A stretch of 26,083 bases of DNA, taken from IMG/VR virus record IMGVR_UViG_3300020042_004131, positions 1-26,083 of that record; one strand, 5' to 3'. Each line of letters opens with the position of its first letter. Position 1 is the first letter of the stretch. Source of the stretch: a virus (Duplodnaviria; Caudoviricetes). Below, one piece after another: positions 1 through 6,853 of the stretch. A model generated the notes under the pieces. That model was not told where the DNA came from. It searched no databases and was given only the letters and a program-made list of their open reading frames with translations. A program made the translations under genes and the position numbers.

Positions 1-300
1 CATCTGTTGTTGGTTCAGTTGTAACCTTTGTTTCTGGTTTGGTTGTAACCTCAGTCGTAACATCTGTTGTTGGTTCAACTGTAACCTTTGTTTCTGGTTT
101 GGTTGTAACCTCAGTCGTAACCTCTGTTTTTGGTTCAACTGTAACCTTTGTTTCTGGTTTGGTTGTAACCTCAGTCGTAACCTCTGTTTTTGGTTTAGTC
201 GTAACCTTTGTTTCTGGTTTGGTTGTAACCTCAGTCGTAACCTCTGTTTTTGGTTTAGTCGTAACCTCTGTTTCTGGTTTGGTGGTAACGGTCACCTCCG
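1..300 (-). repeat. 60-bp tandem repeat, ~5 copies, continuing past the window edge; 20-aa unit like TTEVTTKPETKVTVEPKTEV
   Basis: Lines starting at 1, 61, 121, 181 and 241 align column for column (gtaacctttgtttctggtttggttgtaacctcagtcgtaa); in frame within the giant ORF. Confidence 0.95.
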
Positions 301-3300
301 GCTTTGTATTAGCCTTTTTTATTTTGTCTACTCTAACTTTGGCAGCATCTGCAAGGCTAGAGACTTTTGTGTCCAAATCCTTATATGTCGGCAAAGGGCT
401 GGTTTTAAGCAAACTATTTATATAAGCATCCGAGGGAGGGCGCAAGCCTCTATCTGCGTAAGCTTCTGCAAGTAACTTTTTAAAATTTGACGACGAGACC
501 CGCGAAGTGCTTTTTATTTTATCTATTGCATTTGTTAGGTCTTCACCTGTTTTACCAATTATCTTTGAAATATAGCTGATATATGTAGGTAAGCCATTTG
601 CGGTTAAGTCCTCTTTGGCTTTGGCGGTGTTGGCAGCAAGTTTTTCTTCGGCAGCCTTTTTATCAGCGGCTTTTTTAGCAGCAGCAGCTTTAGCAGCGGC
701 AACTTTATCAAGAGTAACAGTAATTTCTGGTTTAGTTGTAACCGTAATTTCTGGCTTGGTAGTAACAGTAATTTCTGGCTTGGTAGTAACAGTAATTTCT
801 GGTTTAGTTGTAACCGTAATCTCTGGTTTGGTAGTAACCGTGATTTCTGGTTTGGTCGTAACCGTAATCTCTGGCTTGGTAGTAACCGTGATTTCTGGTT
901 TGGTAGTGACTGTGATTTCTGGCTTGGTAGTGACCGTTATTTCTGGCTTGGTCGTAACCGTAATTTCTGGTTTAGTAGTGACCGTGATTTCCGGTTTGTC
1001 AGCAGCCTTATCAGCAGCGGCTTTGGCTGCGTTAGCAATCTCACCCGCCTTTGCATCAAGGTCCTTGTATTTGGTTCCACTCAACCCTGATAAATTTACG
1101 CTAGCAGGAGGCTTTAGACCCCTGTCTGTATAGGCCTTGTTTATGGCATTTTTATAATCTGTCACCGAAACACTTAAGGGGTCCTTTATTGCTTTTATAG
1201 CACCAGCCAGGTCTTCGCCAGTTTTGCCTTTAATTGCATTTATATTAGTTGTCGATAAAGCAAGCTTGTTGTCACCTAGGACTTTCCTGGCTTTGGCTGT
1301 ATTTGTAATATCTGAAACTTTGACGTCTAAATCTTTGTAAAGCGGGGGAGCCCCCAATCTAGCAAGTTCAGCTTTAGATGGGGCCGTCAATCCTTTGCTT
1401 TCGTAAGCATCGATAACAGACTTTTTAAAATCTTCCGTTGAAACACGGGTAGCATCTTTTATTTGCTTAAGACCGTTTGTTAATTCTTGTCCAGTCTTTC
1501 CTGTTATTGAGTTAATGTTGGTAAAGGTAGGAGCAAGACCGTTTTGCTTTAACAAGTTGATAGCAGCAACTCTTTCGGCAGCAGCCTTATCAGCGGCAAC
1601 CTTATCAGCGGCAGCCTTATCCGCAGCATCTTTGGCAGTTTTATCCGCAGCGGTTTTCGCTACTTCGGCAATCCCAGATACTTTTGCATCAAGGTCTTTG
1701 TACTTAACCCCGCTTAACCCTGCCAAACTTACGCTAGCAGGAGGTGTTAGACCCCTATCTATATAGGCCTTGTTTATGGCGCTTCTGTAATCCGCGGCAG
1801 AAACAGAGGAAGAATCTTTGATTGTTTTTATAGCGCCGGTTAAGTCTTCACCAGTCTTGCCGGTTAGCTTTGCGACATTCTCAGCAGTTGCAGACAAATT
1901 GTTTGTTTTTAGATCGAACTTGGCTTTTTCAACATTAGCAAGAGCGCCAACTTTTTCATCGAGATTTTTATAGGTAGCATCTTTTAATGCCGCCATATTT
2001 ATTGCGGTAGGCGCCTTGAGGCCTCTGTCTGTATAAGCTTTAGTAAACGCTGCCTTAATATCTATCGCAGACGGTTTTGCAGCATCTCTTATCGATTTTG
2101 CCGCAAGAGCCAGGTCCTCCCCAGTTTTGCCGGCAACTTTTGCAATATTTGCTGCACTAGTGTCTGCCCCTGCCTTTTTTAATGCAATAAATCTATCAAG
2201 CTGGTCTTCCCTTACCCGTGGAACAATCGTCGGAATTGACAACCCTGCTTTTTTATAGGCATCCTTTACTTGGTCTTGAGACGAATAGATTATTGGTTTG
2301 GTAGTGACTATAGCTTCCGGGGTGATTTCCGGGGTAACTTTAACTTCTGGTTTGATTGTGGGTGTTGGCTTTCTTGATGCGTTCCAGTCAACCCAATCGG
2401 AAGTTAGTCCAAGTTCATTCTGAGCTTTTCTTTGAGCATCAGTAACCGAGCTGCCTTGCGCAACAAGATCAAAAACTCTTTTCTCATACTGTTCTGATTC
2501 TTTTTGTTGCTTGCTAGTCCCAAAAATCTCTGTTTGTACAGAGTCTGAATTTTTTAAATCAATACCATTGTTCTTAAGCTCAGTGTTAACCTTGTTTATA
2601 AGGTCTTCTGACTTGCCGCCCTCCGTGAGAGGTTCAATGATTGATCCAATAATGGTATCAATCTTGTCTTCTGCAACGTTGTTTTTCTTGAGGGTGTCAT
2701 AAAGGAATTGGTCAACAGCTCCGCCGACATATTTTCTAGCAACGGTATCCGCAACCTCAGGCATTACTCCGCCATTAGAAAACGAATCGCTTACCTTCGA
2801 TATTAACGAGCCGATGTTTGTGCCGCCTTTTAGTGCAGACTTGACGTCAGAGGCGGTAGTGTCAAACGTTTTGTTGGAATCAGCTCCAGTATCTTTAAGA
2901 GAGTTGTATACTTTAGCGCCGGCATCCCTTGCCTTGACGCCAGCGTTAATTGAAGCAGACGTCTTTGCGGAAATGACTGTCTCGTAAAACCCCGACTTAA
3001 ACAAATCAATGTCGGATGTTTCTTTCCCAGCTATAGTGTTGGCTGCCCATGTAGTTAATGCTGAAGGAACCCCTTCCTTACCAGACACACTAGCTGCCGC
3101 AAGCGCGGTATTTGCAACTATTCTGTTAACTTGGTTTTTTACTGTTTGATCGGTTACTTTTGGCAAATCAGGAATTTTGCTAGTAACTGATCCAATTGTT
3201 AACCCTACTACTGCGCCCTTTGCTCTTGCAACTTCAACGGCTTGATCATATTGTTTCTGAGTGATTTTCCCAGATTGTAGATCTTTAAGCAAAACTTGAC

Positions 3301-5662
3301 TGGTTGTTTGAGCAGCTTCATTAGCGGTTCCGCCTACCGCTTCCATAACCTCATATGCAAAGTTGGCCGATCTATTAGCCGCTTTTCCAGTTGTCATTAC
3401 TACAGAAAGAAGTTTTGCCGCCGGGCCAACAATAAGTTTTTCTAGCCCTTCTTCCGTAACTTCTCCAACAACTTCTTTTAAAAGAGCGCGAGGAGAGTTG
3501 TATGTAGCCCTGCCTACAGCTTTAATAACATCAGATACGGTTTTTGCGTCATTGAATTCTTTTTGAAACACTCCCTGCTGACGCTTGGTTTCCTCTGGGG
3601 TCAACGCTTCTGATAAAACTCCCACGCGTTTTGCAAGAGAATCTACCGAACCACCTTCTTTTGTTGCGCCTATTACTTTCAATACCCCGTTAAGAGTGCT
3701 GATTAAATTGCCACCGCCTTCAACAGCGCCAGAAAGTGCGGTGTATGAAATGCCACGCAACAAATCTTTGGCTTTATTGTTTGGGTCATCTTTAGGGAGT
3801 TTTTTTGCGGCCTCTACTATGCCGTTAAAATAATCCTGTCCAATTCTAGTGAAATCAGAACCCTCAGGAATGTTGATCCCTAAGGCTTCCGCAGCATTTC
3901 TAGCTAAATCTTCATACCAAGGGTCTCTTTTTGCTCTAACAATTACTCTTTCAAGACTAGGTCCTGTTGTCTCAGAAGTTCCACTAGGCTCGTCTACCAC
4001 AGAGATGTCTGACATGGTGCCGGCGTGTACGGCAGCGTATTCATTAAGTCCTTCAAGAGTTGGCGGTATTGAGCTTTTCAACGGTTTCGTCAAATCAATG
4101 TTGCCGTTTTCATCCGTAAGAGCTAATAAAGTTGAGTCAGTGTCTTTAGGTATCTCTGCCGAATTTGCCGCTGGTACTGGCAATTTTTTCTTATTGGCGT
4201 TGTAGTCGTTAGAGAGCGTTGTGACTATTGTTTGTATAGCCTGCTGTGCGTTTGGCGCCCCAGCAATAATCGTTTGTAATGCAAGCGCCCCACCGGCTTT
4301 GAGTGCGCTAGTTTGTGTAGGAGTAAGCCTTTGATCTCTTGCTACACCAGCCAGTGTTTCATTTAAAAATGTATTTAGCCCTGAAATTCCACCTGAAACC
4401 AACGCCTTGTCCAAACTTCCACTTGTTATTGCAGTAGTAATCGCAGTCGAAACAGCGTTTCCAATGGCCAGGCTACCCGTTGCCGTTGCGACCTGCTGGC
4501 TCATAACGCTAGAAAGCCTAGCCGCTGAACCCATGAGTGCGGCTTTACCAGGGTCTGTGTCAGTTGCGAGCCCCGTCAATCCACCCTGCATGGCACCGCC
4601 AACGATGTCAGCGAACTTCCCTGAAATAGCACCACCAGTCAAACCTTCAACAAGCTTGCCGGCGTCCGTTGTATATCCTCCAGGAGTTAATGTTCCGCTT
4701 GGATTTACTAAATTGGCTGTGTATGCAATCCCGGCAGAAACGCCAGCAGCACCCATGATTTTAAGTACATCACTCCCGTTTTTAATATTTCCGGCTAATG
4801 CTTGAACGCCTAGATTAAGAGTGGCGTTTCCCAATGCCGCCGCTACAAAAGCATTCCCGGCAAGCGCCGTTCCAGCAAGCATTGACGCGCCAAGCTGCGG
4901 CCCAATGAGAGGAATAAATAGCGCGGCAACAGGGAGTAGTGGCTTGATGACTTCATTAAAAACCCCGCCAGCTCTTTCTTGGGCGCGAGTCGATAATGTT
5001 GGAGTCCCGTCAGGATTTAAAGCCCAACTAAAATAAAAAGTTGCGCCGCCGTTTTTGTTTGTCCCGCCGTTGTCGTAAGACGCAAACTCGTTGGGGATTA
5101 CTTTCCCTGTGCTCCTTACTTTAACAATCGGTTCAGTTGTTTCAGGAACCTCAAAAGGCACTGAAGTTCCTTCGCCTCCTTCTCTTTCTCCTGTATACCC
5201 CGGTATTTTTTTTGTACTAAACTCAATATCTGATAATGATTTGACGCCATATTCTTGCGCCAAACGCATCGCTATTGCGGCCGTATAAGGCGTTTCTTGA
5301 CCAAACTCTTTGACAATTTGATCGGCGTACTGGGCATTTTTAGGGTCAAAATCTCCCTCATACCGAGCAAAGCTTACTAACTCCCCAGATCTTTTGAAAG
5401 CCTTTCCGCCGGGAGAAGCGTATAGTTTTTCTGCTTCTGGTTGAAATATTTTATCAAAAGCATCTTCATCAAAATAAACTTCATCACTAGGAAGATTTGT
5501 TAATTTTAAAGCTGCCCTTGCTTTCTCAAGGCTTGAGGCGTCATAACCTACCTTGTTTGCTACAGAAATGGCGCTATTTAACCTTGCTCTTGCCGAATTT
5601 AATGCTCTATTGGCAATTACAACGTCGTCATTAAAGTTATCCCCACCTGTCTGCGCAACCAT
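2..5662 (-). CDS. Giant (>=1887 aa, 3'-truncated by the window edge) putative virion/ejection protein with Gly/Ala hydrophobic region, five helical repeats and mucin-like Thr/Pro arrays
   Basis: Not in the ORF track because it has no stop in the window. ATG at 5662-5660, 5 nt after the GT stop; reads MVAQTGGDNFNDDVVIANRALNSARARLNSAISVANKVGYDASSLEKARAAL... and stays open to ...VTTKPETKVTTEPTTD at position 2. All + strand ORFs starting in 39-5553 are antisense shadows in one register. Position after the nozzle gene matches podovirus ejection proteins (inference). Confidence 0.85.
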   Translation of the reverse strand, partial: MVAQTGGDNFNDDVVIANRALNSARARLNSAISVANKVGYDASSLEKARAALKLTNLPSDEVYFDEDAFDKIFQPEAEKLYASPGGKAFKRSGELVSFARYEGDFDPKNAQYADQIVKEFGQETPYTAAIAMRLAQEYGVKSLSDIEFSTKKIPGYTGEREGGEGTSVPFEVPETTEPIVKVRSTGKVIPNEFASYDNGGTNKNGGATFYFSWALNPDGTPTLSTRAQERAGGVFNEVIKPLLPVAALFIPLIGPQLGASMLAGTALAGNAFVAAALGNATLNLGVQALAGNIKNGSDVLKIMGAAGVSAGIAYTANLVNPSGTLTPGGYTTDAGKLVEGLTGGAISGKFADIVGGAMQGGLTGLATDTDPGKAALMGSAARLSSVMSQQVATATGSLAIGNAVSTAITTAITSGSLDKALVSGGISGLNTFLNETLAGVARDQRLTPTQTSALKAGGALALQTIIAGAPNAQQAIQTIVTTLSNDYNANKKKLPVPAANSAEIPKDTDSTLLALTDENGNIDLTKPLKSSIPPTLEGLNEYAAVHAGTMSDISVVDEPSGTSETTGPSLERVIVRAKRDPWYEDLARNAAEALGINIPEGSDFTRIGQDYFNGIVEAAKKLPKDDPNNKAKDLLRGISYTALSGAVEGGGNLISTLNGVLKVIGATKEGGSVDSLAKRVGVLSEALTPEETKRQQGVFQKEFNDAKTVSDVIKAVGRATYNSPRALLKEVVGEVTEEGLEKLIVGPAAKLLSVVMTTGKAANRSANFAYEVMEAVGGTANEAAQTTSQVLLKDLQSGKITQKQYDQAVEVARAKGAVVGLTIGSVTSKIPDLPKVTDQTVKNQVNRIVANTALAAASVSGKEGVPSALTTWAANTIAGKETSDIDLFKSGFYETVISAKTSASINAGVKARDAGAKVYNSLKDTGADSNKTFDTTASDVKSALKGGTNIGSLISKVSDSFSNGGVMPEVADTVARKYVGGAVDQFLYDTLKKNNVAEDKIDTIIGSIIEPLTEGGKSEDLINKVNTELKNNGIDLKNSDSVQTEIFGTSKQQKESEQYEKRVFDLVAQGSSVTDAQRKAQNELGLTSDWVDWNASRKPTPTIKPEVKVTPEITPEAIVTTKPIIYSSQDQVKDAYKKAGLSIPTIVPRVREDQLDRFIALKKAGADTSAANIAKVAGKTGEDLALAAKSIRDAAKPSAIDIKAAFTKAYTDRGLKAPTAINMAALKDATYKNLDEKVGALANVEKAKFDLKTNNLSATAENVAKLTGKTGEDLTGAIKTIKDSSSVSAADYRSAINKAYIDRGLTPPASVSLAGLSGVKYKDLDAKVSGIAEVAKTAADKTAKDAADKAAADKVAADKAAAERVAAINLLKQNGLAPTFTNINSITGKTGQELTNGLKQIKDATRVSTEDFKKSVIDAYESKGLTAPSKAELARLGAPPLYKDLDVKVSDITNTAKARKVLGDNKLALSTTNINAIKGKTGEDLAGAIKAIKDPLSVSVTDYKNAINKAYTDRGLKPPASVNLSGLSGTKYKDLDAKAGEIANAAKAAADKAADKPEITVTTKPEITVTTKPEITVTTKPEITVTTKPEITVTTKPEITVTTKPEITVTTKPEITVTTKPEITVTTKPEITVTTKPEITVTTKPEITVTLDKVAAAKAAAAKKAADKKAAEEKLAANTAKAKEDLTANGLPTYISYISKIIGKTGEDLTNAIDKIKSTSRVSSSNFKKLLAEAYADRGLRPPSDAYINSLLKTSPLPTYKDLDTKVSSLADAAKVRVDKIKKANTKPEVTVTTKPETEVTTKPKTEVTTEVTTKPETKVTTKPKTEVTTEVTTKPETKVTVEPKTEVTTEVTTKPETKVTVEPTTDVTTEVTTKPETKVTTEPTTD
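340..2185 (-). repeat. Five dispersed ~90-aa protein repeats (GKTGEDL..AY.DRGL.PP..YKDLD.KV) with AADKA-rich linkers
   Basis: Manual translation gives copies at about 2185-1925, 1920-1655, 1560-1285, 1280-1020 and 612-340; AADKA-type short repeats near 1575-1655, 998-1030 and 640-705. Confidence 0.85.
710..997 (-). repeat. 24-bp tandem repeat x12 encoding (PEITVTTK)n
   Basis: Twelve at(t/c)tc(t/c)gg cores spaced 24 nt apart from 723 to 987; internal copies differ only at synonymous positions. Confidence 0.95.
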
Positions 5663-5667
5663 AGCTT

Positions 5668-6618
5668 CTACTCCCAGATTCCTTTTCGAGCCTTCTCGTG
5701 GATTGTTTTGTTTTTGTAGTCAATCCCAGAAAACTCTGCAAATTGATCTAAAGTCCTGACGTTGCCCAAACCAAAACGCCCAACGTCTTCGCTACGAAAC
5801 AACATTGCAGAAAGGCGCATCTTGGCTCTCACATCCAAAGTTCCCCATTTTAGCTTACGATCTTCGTCTTCATCTTCCGACCAATGTTTTTTCCTGTAGC
5901 TATCGCCGTCATTACTTTCAAACAAATGATAAATCGGCATCGCTGGGGCATGGTAAACGTCCCACCCGTGCGTAAAGGCCCGAACCGATAAGGAGTGCTC
6001 TTCCCCGTTGAAGTAAAGATAGGGGTCGTATGGGACGTCATAAACAAACTTCCCCGGCGCAAAAACACAGCCTGCGCCAATGAAAAACCCCCTTACGGGA
6101 ACCAAAGAGTCTACTCCAACAGGGTGAATTGAAGTCACAGGGGTCCCAGAATCAAACGATGCGTCTTTTGCACAAACATGACCAATGACCTTCCCATCAT
6201 CAGCAACAGGCGCCGATTTCCCGTTCTTAAAGGTAAACCCTCGAGGATAGCTAGAGATCAGGCACTTCTTGTTTCTCATGCGCAAGATTTTGCTCATCTC
6301 AACAAAATACTCGTCCCAGTTGTCCCCAAAAATGGTGTGGGAGTCGCATTGCAGAATCCAGTCTTCGTCGTTATACAGCGACATCTGAATAGACCGAGCC
6401 CAGCAAGCGCCCCTCGAGGCTGCCGGGTCTATGGCAACGTAGGTGATGTCTGCGCCAAAGAAAGAACCTGGGTTTATGCGATGCTCCAGGACCTCCTGTT
6501 CAACAATGCCAAACCTAAGCCTCTCTGGGTACTTGGCGTGGTCTAGGGCGCTTTTGATTGTGTGGGTTAGTAACGGGTCGCGATATGAAGATATACCAAC
6601 AAAAATAGTGTCAGACAT
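5668..6618 (-). CDS. GT60-family (Pfam GlcNAc; Skp1-hydroxyproline/polypeptide alpha-GlcNAc transferase-like) glycosyltransferase, 316 aa
   Basis: Characteristic motifs: TIFVGISSYRDP, RGACWAR, metal-binding DSH (6345-6337), ISSYP, PYDPYLYFNGEE, RAFTHGWD, LGNVRTLDQF. No signal peptide or TM anchor visible. Confidence 0.88.
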   Translation of the reverse strand: MSDTIFVGISSYRDPLLTHTIKSALDHAKYPERLRFGIVEQEVLEHRINPGSFFGADITYVAIDPAASRGACWARSIQMSLYNDEDWILQCDSHTIFGDNWDEYFVEMSKILRMRNKKCLISSYPRGFTFKNGKSAPVADDGKVIGHVCAKDASFDSGTPVTSIHPVGVDSLVPVRGFFIGAGCVFAPGKFVYDVPYDPYLYFNGEEHSLSVRAFTHGWDVYHAPAMPIYHLFESNDGDSYRKKHWSEDEDEDRKLKWGTLDVRAKMRLSAMLFRSEDVGRFGLGNVRTLDQFAEFSGIDYKNKTIHEKARKGIWE

Positions 6619-6853
6619 TTCCGTTCATCGTGTTGATAAGGGCAGAGGCCCATTCCGACCAGTCTCCGTACTGATCAGGATCGGGGGTGGCTTCGTTCGA
6701 AAAGACTCCGATTGACTTGAGGCCTCGACCCCACTGCTTCCAATCAGTCTTCTCGTTTGGTATCTCAAGCTGGTTGCTGGCAAATTGCTCCACCATCAAG
6801 TCAGCCCAAGACACAAAAGTATGATAGCGCGGGTCATATAAAACAGCCATCAA
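6611..6853 (-). CDS. Hypothetical phage protein, 80 aa, Trp-rich
   Basis: Overlaps both neighbours (translational coupling); DWKQWG and DWSEWA repeats. Confidence 0.75.
   Translation of the reverse strand: MMAVLYDPRYHTFVSWADLMVEQFASNQLEIPNEKTDWKQWGRGLKSIGVFSNEATPDPDQYGDWSEWASALINTMNGNV

Noticed and set aside
1-997. Tandem repeats as a CRISPR array or iterons
   Set aside because: No unique spacers; units are multiples of 3 and vary mainly at wobble positions, so they are coding repeats.
39-5759. Plus-strand ORFs such as 39..425 and 615..1133 with VVTVISGL repeats, resembling membrane proteins
   Set aside because: All lie in the single antisense register of the giant minus-strand ORF; they are shadows of its codon bias and repeats.
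5668-6618. GT as a DNA-modifying or O-antigen-converting enzyme
   Set aside because: Motifs match protein-acting GT60 rather than T4-type DNA glucosyltransferases or Gtr systems, with no TM partners or nucleotide-modification genes nearby; disfavoured but not excluded.
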